DNA of 64,000 bases from a virus. Below are positions 18,041 to 27,336 of this stretch, piece after piece (position 1 is the first letter of the stretch; every line of letters starts with the position of its first letter). Below the pieces are notes generated by a model. The model did no database searches. It saw only the letters and a list, made by a program, of their open reading frames with translations, and was not told the origin of the DNA. Made by a program: the position numbers and the translations under genes. Location of the stretch: positions 1-64,000 of IMG/VR virus record IMGVR_UViG_3300009528_000013. One strand, given 5' to 3'.

Positions 18041-18629
18041 TAATCCTCTTGGCTTTCTCTATCATCTTTTTCCGTTGTTCCCCGGGCAAACCTGCAAAAA
18101 CCGCAGACTCTACCATTTCCTCTAATGCCTCCAACAACTCAGCGATAAGGCAGACATCTGCGCCAAGCTTTTCGTCTTTCCCCTTCTCTCCGATGACCTG
18201 TTGAATTCGTTCCCGCAGAAGAGATCGAATCATCAAGGACCGAGTTGCTTCCGGCGTCTCTTCGGCCATTCGATTTATCTGGTCAATCATCGTTCTGGGC
18301 ATAAACAATGTTATCGATCTTGCTTCAATAATCAAAGGTTCTCCGCCATCCCAAGTTCGATTGCGATAAGGGCTTCCATCTGGATTGACCGTTTTTAGAA
18401 TGACAGAAGGATAAAATTGAGCCATCAATTCTACTTTCGGTCGAATACTGTGAAATGCTTGCTTTGTTCCAACAACTTCATAGAAAATATCTTCGCTCGA
18501 AACATAAAAATCAGGCTGATACGTAGTCGATCCCAGCCGAAATCTCTTAGATTCATATTCCCAGTCCAATCCTTTCGAGTCCAAAAAATCTGCGAAGATT
18601 CTTTCACACGGGAACATCTTCTTCGGCAT
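17988..18629 (-). CDS. PD-(D/E)XK-fold domain (T7 endonuclease I-like) fused to ribbon-helix-helix domain
   Basis: WEYESKRF...YQPDFYV...FYEVVG (canonical Lys replaced by Val); ITLFMPRTMIDQINRMAE...TRSLMIRSLLRE is RHH-like. Confidence 0.65.
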   Translation of the reverse strand: MPKKMFPCERIFADFLDSKGLDWEYESKRFRLGSTTYQPDFYVSSEDIFYEVVGTKQAFHSIRPKVELMAQFYPSVILKTVNPDGSPYRNRTWDGGEPLIIEARSITLFMPRTMIDQINRMAEETPEATRSLMIRSLLRERIQQVIGEKGKDEKLGADVCLIAELLEALEEMVESAVFAGLPGEQRKKMIEKAKRIIAQGKRRFDERRAGSSG

Positions 18630-18828
18630 TGATCTTCACCTTTCCTTCGGAAGACATTCTCCCTGGAATTGAAAAGTCTCCGATGACATCTTCGGAACCT
18701 TCGGATCTGGAACGAAAAATGTCCAGAACCCGCCGAACCAATTCAGACAAAGAAATACCCTTCAATTCCGCCGTATCCCTTACCCAAACGAATAAAGGAT
18801 CTGAGATAAAAATCTGGATTTTTCGCAT
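18604..18828 (-). CDS. CopG/ribbon-helix-helix transcriptional regulator
   Basis: MRKIQIFISDPLFVWVRDTAELKGISLSELVRRVLD; first gene after a consensus promoter. Confidence 0.8.
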   Translation of the reverse strand: MRKIQIFISDPLFVWVRDTAELKGISLSELVRRVLDIFRSRSEGSEDVIGDFSIPGRMSSEGKVKINAEEDVPV

Positions 18829-18885
18829 CTGTTAAAACCTCCTGATTTTTGTTATATTCCATTTATACCCCGTTTATGTTCCTTA

Positions 18886-18914
18886 AGTATAACACTTTTT
18901 CAAAGCAAAGTCAA
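18886..18914 (-). promoter_or_regulatory. strong sigma70 promoter
   Basis: Minus strand TTGACT-17 nt-TATACT. Confidence 0.85.
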
Positions 18915-19059
18915 GCATTTTTTCTCAAGACATAAGCACAAGGAACACAACAACTTGGAGGCTCTTCCAAAAGGCCGCGATCAAAAATTTAAGGATGGAA
19001 TCGCTAATATAAAGGGGGTCAATGACTTAACAACTCCACCCCATTAGAATTGACGCAGA

Positions 19060-19524
19060 TCAAAAAAAGCTCATCTGAGGATCCCGCTCGGCCTTCTCAA
19101 CCTCTTTCTTCAGAATCCGCATGGCATCGAGAACCGGGTGTACGATCTCTCCTCCCCGCTTCCGATAGATCATCGCTCGGAGATCTTTCAACTCATGCGC
19201 CTCCCAATCGGTCAGGCCTCGCTCTAAGGCTTCGATCATCATCGGGGGAAGCTCAACACCGGACTGCTCTCTCCGCATCACCTTCGCTCCAATATGAAAA
19301 TAGATCTGGGAGTGCTCGGCCGACATCGGAGCACGGAGACTTGCCGTATAAAGGTAAGCGCAGATTTCCGCATCGCCGACTTTCGGAACCTCATCGTCTT
19401 CGCAAGTCAAACCCACGAGTCCGAGTACCAGTCGTTCCTTCTTGATCGCTTCCAACAGCCACTCAGGAAGCGTGTCGGCCCAACCCAAGTCACCGACAAC
19501 CAATCTGTTCTCCTTCTCTTTCAC
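19060..19524 (-). CDS. hypothetical protein
   Basis: 154 aa, AGGAG RBS. Confidence 0.65.
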   Translation of the reverse strand: MKEKENRLVVGDLGWADTLPEWLLEAIKKERLVLGLVGLTCEDDEVPKVGDAEICAYLYTASLRAPMSAEHSQIYFHIGAKVMRREQSGVELPPMMIEALERGLTDWEAHELKDLRAMIYRKRGGEIVHPVLDAMRILKKEVEKAERDPQMSFF

Positions 19525-19573
19525 GAGGTCTCCTTTCGTATTAAATAGACCTGGTATGCAAATGACATTTCTC

Positions 19574-20089
19574 CTATCCCCCGTGGTCGGGAATAATAAG
19601 GCTGGTTTTCACGCCGTCCTCCTTGCAGATCCAGATCACCGACTTCCGGAGCCAGTACTTCACCAAGAGCAACGGCTTATCCTGCCACAACTCCATCCGC
19701 TTCCCAGTCTCACTCCACTTGAAGAACTGATTGTCGGTCTTGGCAACGGTATCACCGTTCAACAATGTGATCCGAGTGATTCGTGACATTCGATCCCCTG
19801 CGAGTCTTGCCCTTCGCAAGATCTCTTCCAAGACCTCGAATTCTCGAATGATAGGCAACATAGCTTTCGCCCAGGATGGATCAGCTAACAGATCCGTCCG
19901 ACCCCTATACTCCTTCACTACCGGCCGTAGATCTTCGATGTCGGTCTTAACCAGAGAAATCAGAAAATCCCGATGGTCTAAACGATCTGGCTCGGCTGCC
20001 AGGAGACTGACGACTTTACCAAGTTGCCGCTCGGCGTACTCCGTCAACTCCTCGGTCGACAATTCAGTTACTGGTTTTTCAATTCCCAT
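19574..20089 (-). CDS. hypothetical protein
   Basis: 171 aa ORF in operon. Confidence 0.6.
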   Translation of the reverse strand: MGIEKPVTELSTEELTEYAERQLGKVVSLLAAEPDRLDHRDFLISLVKTDIEDLRPVVKEYRGRTDLLADPSWAKAMLPIIREFEVLEEILRRARLAGDRMSRITRITLLNGDTVAKTDNQFFKWSETGKRMELWQDKPLLLVKYWLRKSVIWICKEDGVKTSLIIPDHGG

Positions 20090-20100
20090 AGTCTTTTCCT

Positions 20101-20511
20101 TTACCTTTTCTTGATCCCCTGAAGGATGTTCTTACGCATTTTCGACAGGCTCAGTAACTGCCGATCAAACTTCACAATCTTATTGCTCAGATCAATCAGC
20201 ATCTTCATCTCATCGTCCGACGCCTTTCGAACAATCTCCTCCCCGCCGACGAAACCCGGAGCAAACTCCCGAGTAAAGATTACGTCATCGCTTGGCTTTG
20301 TTGCTTCTTCCGTATCTCCTTCGGGAAGAGTTTGCCGCGATATGAACTTCTGATATTCACACGCCGCTCTCCGAAGGTCCGTAATCAGACCCTCGATCTC
20401 ATCCACATCAATAGTGGCCGTCCATCCCTCATCATCATAAATACCGATCGTATCAGATCGTTCGGTACCGTCGAGCCATCCGTATTGAATTTCCATCGTT
20501 GCCTCCTCCAT
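20101..20511 (-). CDS. hypothetical protein
   Basis: 136 aa ORF in operon. Confidence 0.6.
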   Translation of the reverse strand: MEEATMEIQYGWLDGTERSDTIGIYDDEGWTATIDVDEIEGLITDLRRAACEYQKFISRQTLPEGDTEEATKPSDDVIFTREFAPGFVGGEEIVRKASDDEMKMLIDLSNKIVKFDRQLLSLSKMRKNILQGIKKR

Positions 20512-21434
20512 TATCCAATCTGATCTCCGATTTCGCCTTTCTCTAATTTCTCAAATACTGCTGCCTTCTCTTTCAGCTTGGCTTTCAACTGAGAGTGCTT
20601 CTCGAATTGAAAGGTAATCGTCTTATGCGCTCCCGGCTCGATTCGAGAAGTCTCCGATTGAGTCTCCTTCTCAACGTAGAAATCTAATCGATAGGGCCTG
20701 AGGAAGCTGAGGTCTGTCCGCGATTCGAGAGAGTAAATGAAATAAGCTCGAACCTTTCGGATTACTCCACCCTGAATCGCTTCCTCTTCGTAGAGGATTC
20801 TGGCCTTAGCACCTTCTGGCCAGATCAAGGTCATCGAAGGCTTCCACTCCCATCGTTGCGCTTCCTTCAACCATCCGGCGTGTTTTCGCAGCCATCGCCT
20901 CTCGGCAATCAATGCCTTCTCGTCAGGCGACAGTCTGAGTTCTTCTTCTCGCTCTTCGGATACCGGCTGGAAATCCAGACTCTTGCCCTCAATCACCACA
21001 GTAGTCTCCGCCTCCTCTTTCTTCGGCACCTTCGGAGCGACGGCCGGAGCAACGATCGTCGCTTCAGCTTCTTCTGAACGCTCCCCCTCTCCGCCGAACT
21101 TGTCCATGACCAAAATCTCAAGGAGTTCTGACGGCGAGCGCCGCTGGCTTCTTCCGGCTTCGAGTAGAAGACGTTTCACTTTGGGTTTCAAAAAGAACAG
21201 CGAGACCTCAAGCTCTCCGGAATGGGACAAACTCCGCTGGAATCGCTCTGTGTTCTTTTGACGATCCCAGACATCACGGAGTTCTTTTCGTAGGCCGACC
21301 TCGCGCGATACTCCGATCGCTCTGTAAATCAGCCAGTCCCAACTGATCCCCTCCTCCTCTCGAATCCTTTGAGCCTCCTCCCAAGCCTTCAGGCCCAACG
21401 AGATTTTCTTCCGTTCCAATCTATTCTCCTCCAT
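20511..21434 (-). CDS. hypothetical protein with possible RHH-like segments
   Basis: 307 aa; SLFFLKPKVKRLLLEAGRSQRRSPSELLEIL is RHH-like. Confidence 0.6.
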   Translation of the reverse strand: MEENRLERKKISLGLKAWEEAQRIREEEGISWDWLIYRAIGVSREVGLRKELRDVWDRQKNTERFQRSLSHSGELEVSLFFLKPKVKRLLLEAGRSQRRSPSELLEILVMDKFGGEGERSEEAEATIVAPAVAPKVPKKEEAETTVVIEGKSLDFQPVSEEREEELRLSPDEKALIAERRWLRKHAGWLKEAQRWEWKPSMTLIWPEGAKARILYEEEAIQGGVIRKVRAYFIYSLESRTDLSFLRPYRLDFYVEKETQSETSRIEPGAHKTITFQFEKHSQLKAKLKEKAAVFEKLEKGEIGDQIG

Positions 21435-21437
21435 TAG

Positions 21438-21845
21438 TTACAACGTGGTTCTGCATAGAACCTCTCTCGGAATGACCCACGGGGTCGTATATGATCCGAC
21501 AGGAGTTTGACTCACCGGCCTCGATAGAACGGCACTTACATAGCCGACATCGGGGAGATGCCGCGATACCACCGCTCGGAGTTCCATCCAACTCGACAGC
21601 TTCAGAAATTGATGGGTCTCTTGACGAGGATCGTTCGGCTCTCGCATTCTCCACGCCTGCGCTTTTAATTCTCCGCATTCACACCTCAGAAGAACAACGG
21701 GACGTAGGGAATTAAAAGCGTTCAGCAGAAGCGCGGGATTTTGGGACCATCCCCACCCCGGATCAGTCGGAAAAACAAAGATTCCCAGAGAGTCCTCGAA
21801 AGCGTCCGTCCTCTGATCCAACTGATAGATCAGACCGCCCCCCAC
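21438..21845 (-). CDS. hypothetical protein, paralog of 15789..16466
   Basis: GGGLIYQL...FEDSLGIFV...CECGELK...LSSWM...TTPWVIPRE. Confidence 0.65.
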   Translation of the reverse strand: MGGGLIYQLDQRTDAFEDSLGIFVFPTDPGWGWSQNPALLLNAFNSLRPVVLLRCECGELKAQAWRMREPNDPRQETHQFLKLSSWMELRAVVSRHLPDVGYVSAVLSRPVSQTPVGSYTTPWVIPREVLCRTTL

Positions 21846-21944
21846 TCGCCGTCCCTCTCCTCTCGAAATAGCCCCCCGAGAAAAATGCTGATTGGACTAA
21901 CCGACCAAAATTTGTTTTCTCTGATACGAACGACCTTATAGCAT

Positions 21945-22439
21945 TCATTCATATTCAGAATCCTCCTCTCGATTGAAACTTTCCCAGTCGCTTTCTTCGG
22001 CAAAGCTGAAATAATCCGGTATGCCGATGATCAGATGATCCAGTATCTGGATGCCCAACAGCTTCCCCGCCTTCCTTAGCCGGTTGGTGGAGTTTCGATC
22101 CGCATCCGACGGTGTGATGTTGCCGGACGGATGCACATGAATTAGAAGAATACTGGTACAGTTTGCTAAGATCGCCGCCTGGAAAACCTCCCGGGGTTCG
22201 ATGAAGCTCCGGTCGATTGTTCCTCTGGAAATTTCCTGCATCCCCACGATGCAATGATTTGTATTGAGGAAAACCACGTAAAAAGTTTCCACGGTCTCCG
22301 CTCTTAAAAAGGCGAAATGCTTTACCACCGACTCAGGGCTGGTGAACTGCTGATCGTATCCTGGCCGATCCTCTCGAATGAGTTGAACCCGCCAACGCGG
22401 TATGGCTGTTTCGGACATCTTTCCCTCTCTTTCAGTCAT
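21945..22439 (-). CDS. RadC-like JAB/MPN domain protein
   Basis: ETFYVVFLN...GTIDRSFIEPREVF...IHVHPSGNITPSDAD...LLGIQILDHLII. Confidence 0.9.
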   Translation of the reverse strand: MTEREGKMSETAIPRWRVQLIREDRPGYDQQFTSPESVVKHFAFLRAETVETFYVVFLNTNHCIVGMQEISRGTIDRSFIEPREVFQAAILANCTSILLIHVHPSGNITPSDADRNSTNRLRKAGKLLGIQILDHLIIGIPDYFSFAEESDWESFNREEDSEYE

Positions 22440-22665
22440 GTTTCAAATCCGCAGTTGGAAACCAATACCGATCCCTCGACACAGGCACTGACACAACCTC
22501 CGCCTCAAGAGCCACACCGGTATCCCAATTATAAACTTCATCGCCACACTCCGTACAGACCACAATCGGGCACCGCTTCCCCTCTGCCTGACACGCCTCG
22601 CAATCCAAATCCCGACAGAGCGTTTTCTGTCGGCACCTTCCACAGAACATCCGGTAATACATCAC
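22432..22665 (-). CDS. small Cys-rich Zn-finger protein
   Basis: CGRC, CEAC, CTEC. Confidence 0.55.
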   Translation of the reverse strand: MMYYRMFCGRCRQKTLCRDLDCEACQAEGKRCPIVVCTECGDEVYNWDTGVALEAEVVSVPVSRDRYWFPTADLKHD

Positions 22666-23147
22666 GCCTCCTTAGATCCTTCGCCGAAGTGAGGAACCTG
22701 GGAAAATTCCAGTTCATAATGCCAGGACCCAAGACTCAACTCACGAAAAGGTAGTTTTTCGAGATACCCCTGCTCTTCGCACCAAACTAAGGCTTTCGGA
22801 AATTCCTGATACAGGCCCTCCTGAAAATCCGGATCCTCCGGCTGCTTCGGGTGCAACCGCCGGTACTCTCTTTGCAACTCTGCCGGGTCGATCTCACGTA
22901 AAGCTTTGCAACATGCGACCACCTCGTAATCTTCCATCGTCCCAACTGAAACTACGAAGATGGCGCCCTTCGGAATTTTTTCCGCCTGCGTTGTTTCAGC
23001 CATCACCCTTTCCCTTCTGAGAGTGGGACTTTGTGCCCCAGGCGATTCTTCCCCGACTTCCGGATCTCCCTCCCTCCGCAGTTTGCCGTGTCCAGGCGGT
23101 CGCAGTCCCGACAGGCTAACCGACCACTCATCTGTACCGATAGACAT
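22662..23147 (-). CDS. hypothetical protein
   Basis: Likely start MAETTQ. Confidence 0.5.
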   Translation of the reverse strand: MSIGTDEWSVSLSGLRPPGHGKLRREGDPEVGEESPGAQSPTLRRERVMAETTQAEKIPKGAIFVVSVGTMEDYEVVACCKALREIDPAELQREYRRLHPKQPEDPDFQEGLYQEFPKALVWCEEQGYLEKLPFRELSLGSWHYELEFSQVPHFGEGSKEA

Positions 23148-23229
23148 TCTGCTGTCAGACTTCCAGGGGGAAGGGTGAAACAGGTGCTTCTGATTCTTGA
23201 TCTCATGTCCAAACGCCTCCTTCCTTCAG

Positions 23230-23559
23230 CTATCCTTGCATCTCTTCCGCCTCAGCAATCGCCTCCCGGATGTCAGTTCCATCGAGACAAGTCTTCTCAA
23301 AACCGGCCCGCTCAATCTTCTCAACCAGGTCTTTTGCGGCTTGGAGAAGTCGGGACTCGATCCACTCTTCGCCCTCCCAAAGGGAATCTTCCGGTTCTCC
23401 GACTCGGTCGATTGTTCTCGTAGGTAAGGTATCAAAATCCCGGACCCGAACCTCGACCCCACGCGGACATTCAACGTGCTGAACTCTTCCGTTTCTCACT
23501 TCGACTAAGACAGTCTTCATCGCTTGATCCTCCTTAACCAAAGCCACCAAAGCCACCAT
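23230..23559 (-). CDS. hypothetical protein
   Basis: MKTVLVEVRNGRVQHV..P.GVEVRVRDFD pattern; similar N-terminus to 25887..26195. Confidence 0.55.
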   Translation of the reverse strand: MVALVALVKEDQAMKTVLVEVRNGRVQHVECPRGVEVRVRDFDTLPTRTIDRVGEPEDSLWEGEEWIESRLLQAAKDLVEKIERAGFEKTCLDGTDIREAIAEAEEMQG

Positions 23560-23722
23560 CTTCGTTTCTTCCGCTTTTCGTCTTTCTTCTTTTTTTCCTT
23601 GTGTCTACGCACCGAGTCGAAGACCATTTGCCTAAACTGAGGATTAACTCCTTCCTTCTTTGCGGCCTCGATAAATCTCGTTGCGATTTTCATCGCTTGG
23701 TCCTCTTTCGGTTTCGAGTTCG

Positions 23723-24094
23723 CTACCCAGACGATTTCTCCGCTTGCTTCTTGAGACCCTCCCTGTTGTAGTCTTTCGACCGCTCGATCACACAGAGTAT
23801 TCTCCAGGTATGCTTCGCCTCCTGAATCAATTCCACGAATCGCCTTTGTTCTTCCGCTGCCGCATCCTGTAGGCGATCGAAGTCGTTTTCCGCGACTTCG
23901 GCTTGAATCGAAATGCCCGATTGGCCCTCCATTACATGAGCGCGACCGCTGGACGTGAAGTACGGCATCTTTTCGGCCAACGCTCTGCCCAGAGCCATCT
24001 CAGTCGCTCCGTCAACTTTCGGATCCAACTCCACCCTCGCAGTGATCGTACCGCCTCGAACTTCTACGTCGGTAAACTTCATCGGTCCTCTCAT
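23723..24094 (-). CDS. hypothetical protein
   Basis: 123 aa ORF. Confidence 0.55.
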   Translation of the reverse strand: MRGPMKFTDVEVRGGTITARVELDPKVDGATEMALGRALAEKMPYFTSSGRAHVMEGQSGISIQAEVAENDFDRLQDAAAEEQRRFVELIQEAKHTWRILCVIERSKDYNREGLKKQAEKSSG

Positions 24095-24128
24095 CTGAAC
24101 GCTCCTTTCGGTTTTCCAGACCGGTGAT

Positions 24129-24398
24129 CTATCTCACTCTTATCTCAACTCGATCGCCGGCTTGTGCGGATTGCAACCGAACAATATCTTCCGCCACAAA
24201 CCAACGCTGCATCCCGAAGACCTTTGGAAAACTATATCGCTTGCCCGTGGCCGACTCGACGGGCCTTCGAAGCCCTAATTCCTCGCACTTCGCCCTTAGT
24301 CTTCCCGTCTCGTCCTCGAAGAACTCGAAGGTTAAGACCGAAGGTTTCCTTTTGTTAATCACTGTCGTACCTCCCTCCGGTACTCTTCGCGGGATCAA
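24129..24398 (-). CDS. hypothetical protein
   Basis: 89 aa ORF. Confidence 0.5.
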   Translation of the reverse strand: MIPRRVPEGGTTVINKRKPSVLTFEFFEDETGRLRAKCEELGLRRPVESATGKRYSFPKVFGMQRWFVAEDIVRLQSAQAGDRVEIRVR

Positions 24399-24430
24399 AT
24401 GTGTCTCGCACGATTTCTCTCTGGTCTATC

Positions 24431-25108
24431 TCACGACGCAACATCCTCAACATCGGTTTGCTCTTCTTCGGCTGCCCGGGCCTCCAGAAGCATCGCTTTG
24501 GCAGTCATCTGATAGTCTGCCTCCGTCATTTCCGGTCGGATACCTCCTAAGCCCCAGGCCCCTCGATGGTCGGTATCGTACTGGTTGTCTCCACTCCAAA
24601 CTGTCCAGTCTCCATCGACCAGTTGAAGCCGAATTTCCAGATAGAGTCCGTCCTCATCATCTTCCGTCGAATCAGGATACTCGAACCCTTCTGGAAAAAG
24701 AAACGATCCGAGAGATGTAAGCCGTTCGGCGATCGCTTCGGCCATCTTACTGTCCTTATCCTTTCGATCAGCTATTTCTTGTGCAACTCGTTCAGCCATA
24801 TACCAGACCAGCAAATCCCACAACTGAGGGCTGCCCCAAACGATTTTGGCACCGTTGAGCCCGGCGATCAACTCCAGCGGATGACTCAGACCCAATCTCT
24901 CCGCGTCTTCGCTCAGTGCTTCCCAGATCTCTTCCTCGAACTCTTCGTACAACTCCGTGGTCTCCACGTGAGTCATCATCCCGGAAAACCCACCGACGCC
25001 ACCGCATTCTAAGAGACCTTCGCAAGTAATCTCGAAGGCTGTCCCGTACTGCCGCTCCATCCAGTCTCTGAAACTCTGAGTCGGCTTTCGAGTTTCGATC
25101 ATCTGCAT
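24431..25108 (-). CDS. acidic hypothetical protein (two domains)
   Basis: 225 aa, Asp/Glu-rich, GGAGGTGA RBS. Confidence 0.65.
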   Translation of the reverse strand: MQMIETRKPTQSFRDWMERQYGTAFEITCEGLLECGGVGGFSGMMTHVETTELYEEFEEEIWEALSEDAERLGLSHPLELIAGLNGAKIVWGSPQLWDLLVWYMAERVAQEIADRKDKDSKMAEAIAERLTSLGSFLFPEGFEYPDSTEDDEDGLYLEIRLQLVDGDWTVWSGDNQYDTDHRGAWGLGGIRPEMTEADYQMTAKAMLLEARAAEEEQTDVEDVAS

Positions 25109-25142
25109 AACGCAATCACCTCCTTCCCGCGTTCCGACTTAT

Positions 25143-25418
25143 CTAACCTCTCTGGAAATCAACCATCGCTGAGGTGATCTCGCTCTCCAACGCCTTTTCG
25201 AACAACGCATCCCAGACGGCTTCTTTCAGATCTTCAGGCTCAGTGGAAACGATACTCCAGTGAGTTTGACCACTGCTTATTTCGTATGACTCGCAAACGA
25301 AACAGTGGACCACCTCCGCCTCCAACTTGCCACTGCGATCGGTCTCTATCTCAACCTTTAGTGCATAAAACTTCTTGTTTCCCGTCTCCTTGCACTCAAG
25401 AACCTCGAACTGTGACAT
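25143..25418 (-). CDS. hypothetical protein, paralog of 25452..25682
   Basis: F.VLE.....K.FYALKVEI.....V..C.VCE.YE.......IVS.EP. Confidence 0.65.
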   Translation of the reverse strand: MSQFEVLECKETGNKKFYALKVEIETDRSGKLEAEVVHCFVCESYEISSGQTHWSIVSTEPEDLKEAVWDALFEKALESEITSAMVDFQRG

Positions 25419-25451
25419 CCGCGCTCAACTCCTTTCTGTAAATCTCTACGA

Positions 25452-25682
25452 TTACATCGTATCGATGATCTGATCCTCCATCGATTTGATCGCCTCCTCC
25501 ATTTCTCCGGGCTCGACGGAAACGATCTCACAGGTAGTGCTGTCCGAATTGAACTCATAATTCTCGCAGACAACGCAATCGGCGACGGCAAAGGCTCCGC
25601 CACCGTATCCGATCTCGATTCTCAAAGCAAAGTACCTCGTCGACGATGTCTGCTCGTTTTCAAGAATTGTAAACTTCAACAT
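25452..25682 (-). CDS. hypothetical protein, paralog of 25143..25418
   Basis: Start refined to MLKFTILENE (ATG 25682). Confidence 0.6.
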   Translation of the reverse strand: MLKFTILENEQTSSTRYFALRIEIGYGGGAFAVADCVVCENYEFNSDSTTCEIVSVEPGEMEEAIKSMEDQIIDTM

Positions 25683-25686
25683 CTCC

Positions 25687-25890
25687 TCATCCCTTTCTGT
25701 AAATCTTGACCACGACAGGATGACTCCACTCGTAGTGGATCTCATCGTGGTCCAGATCGTGTTCTTTGCAATACCGGAAGACGTACTCCTCGACTGCCTC
25801 TCCAAGCATACCCAGATCCATCTGAACAATGTCGTCGATGTCGAGCGCTTCTCCGTGGATTAGTTCTCGCTTCATCACGGTCCCTCTCAC
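25687..25890 (-). CDS. acidic hypothetical protein
   Basis: 67 aa, coupled. Confidence 0.5.
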   Translation of the reverse strand: MRGTVMKRELIHGEALDIDDIVQMDLGMLGEAVEEYVFRYCKEHDLDHDEIHYEWSHPVVVKIYRKG

Positions 25891-26195
25891 CTTTCATTTT
25901 CGACTTTGATCCACGCCCCTTCTTGGACTGCTTGTTCCGCTCGTTTCATAATGTCGTTGACATACCGACGATTCCGATCCGAAGAGATTGCAGAAGATAA
26001 GATCGCAGGCCAGACATTCAGTTCAGCCGTATCTCCGAGCGTCGTTACAAACGGCCCGGACTCGTCTTCTGGATCGGGAGATTCTTGGCCATCGTAATTC
26101 ACTACGATCACCTGCACCTCAATGCCGCAACTGATCACGCTCTGAACGCAACCGCCCTCGATCTCAACGATCACCTTCGTTGGTTCGCTCATCAC
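25887..26195 (-). CDS. hypothetical protein
   Basis: KVIVEIEGGCVQSV...VIVVNYD pattern. Confidence 0.6.
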   Translation of the reverse strand: MMSEPTKVIVEIEGGCVQSVISCGIEVQVIVVNYDGQESPDPEDESGPFVTTLGDTAELNVWPAILSSAISSDRNRRYVNDIMKRAEQAVQEGAWIKVENER

Positions 26196-26514
26196 TCTTT
26201 TTCTCCTTTCGATACCTTACCCAGGCATCGGCCAGCCGATCCATATCATCGGTACTGATGTGCATCCCGCCGTTCAACAGTATCCCGCGCCTACAAGATA
26301 TGGGATCGAAATATACCGTCTCAGTCATAGTGGTGTGTTCAAGACGAAGTACACCGATCTGAAACGTGCCGTTGCGTCCGGTACAAACGGAATCTTCTCG
26401 CAGGCTATCAATGCGGATTCGTCTGATCATTGTCTCACCCCCTCTCAACTGCCGCCTCTCGATGGCCGAGACGATCCCAGAGAGATCTGCATAATTCCTC
26501 TTCATCTTCCTCAC
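26164..26514 (-). CDS. hypothetical protein, paralog of 26435..26854
   Basis: GRNGTF...F.PIS...G..LNGG..I..DDMDRLADAW; likely start MIRRIRI. Confidence 0.6.
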   Translation of the reverse strand: MRKMKRNYADLSGIVSAIERRQLRGGETMIRRIRIDSLREDSVCTGRNGTFQIGVLRLEHTTMTETVYFDPISCRRGILLNGGMHISTDDMDRLADAWVRYRKEKKSDERTNEGDR

Positions 26515-26854
26515 TCATGAAAACAGGATGGAAGAAGTGACCCGTATCCTCTAACACCGCCTTCTTGAACTCCTCATACGTTCTGATCTCGCTTCCTTCT
26601 GCTTCGTCAGACCTCGCCCCTATCTTTCCAAGCCAGGCCTTTGCCAATCGGGTCATGTCCTCGAAGCCGATACGGAACCCGGCGTTCAACCTCACGCCCT
26701 GCGCTCTCGAAATGAATTCAAAAACGACGAACTCGCACTGGTTCGTCCAGGCGATCATCGTCTGGATGCCGAAACTCCCATTCCGTCCGACAGTCCACGA
26801 CCCGTCCTTTAGATCAGTTACTTTGACTTCGATCTCTCGTGCCACGTCGTTCAC
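26435..26854 (-). CDS. hypothetical protein, paralog of 26164..26514
   Basis: GRNGSF...FEFIS..QGVRLNAG..I..EDMTRLAKAW. Confidence 0.6.
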   Translation of the reverse strand: MNDVAREIEVKVTDLKDGSWTVGRNGSFGIQTMIAWTNQCEFVVFEFISRAQGVRLNAGFRIGFEDMTRLAKAWLGKIGARSDEAEGSEIRTYEEFKKAVLEDTGHFFHPVFMSEEDEEELCRSLWDRLGHREAAVERG

Positions 26855-27066
26855 CTCCTCTCAATTGCAGGAATCCCCTGATTGATTCTATCATGCATCC
26901 CTTCGCGAAACTGACGACAAATCTCTGTCCCTGTAACAGGCCACCAAGTCGTCAGTCCATGCCTGAACATCTCTGTGGGATGCTCCTTCGCCAGCTTAAT
27001 CGCTCGCACATAGTCTCTCAATGATACTTTCTTCCCCACTGCCGATAACGTAATAAATCGCATCAT
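26851..27066 (-). CDS. hypothetical protein
   Basis: 71 aa preceded by start-associated sequence variant AGGAGTGAAAACCGATG. Confidence 0.6.
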   Translation of the reverse strand: MMRFITLSAVGKKVSLRDYVRAIKLAKEHPTEMFRHGLTTWWPVTGTEICRQFREGMHDRINQGIPAIERR

Positions 27067-27083
27067 CGGTTTTCACTCCTTTC

Positions 27084-27314
27084 TTAGTATCTACCCCCAA
27101 CCAAACTGACCGACAATACCTCCGATCCGGCTGACTTCAGATTCTCCCATCGCTCCGGCGAAGGATCTCGTCTTACGTCGGGATGGTCGCACTTCTGCCA
27201 GCCAAACTCCGGCTGCTCATCTCTGAGCGGGTTATGCTCGCAGCGACAGCATTTACGATGATCGACGAATTCTCCGTCTGCCGGGCAACTGTCCAAAATG
27301 CACTCGATCTTCAT
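27084..27314 (-). CDS. small Cys-rich protein
   Basis: C...CP...CCRCEH...CDHP. Confidence 0.5.
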   Translation of the reverse strand: MKIECILDSCPADGEFVDHRKCCRCEHNPLRDEQPEFGWQKCDHPDVRRDPSPERWENLKSAGSEVLSVSLVGGRY

Positions 27315-27336
27315 CGGCGATCTCCTTCCGAACGGT

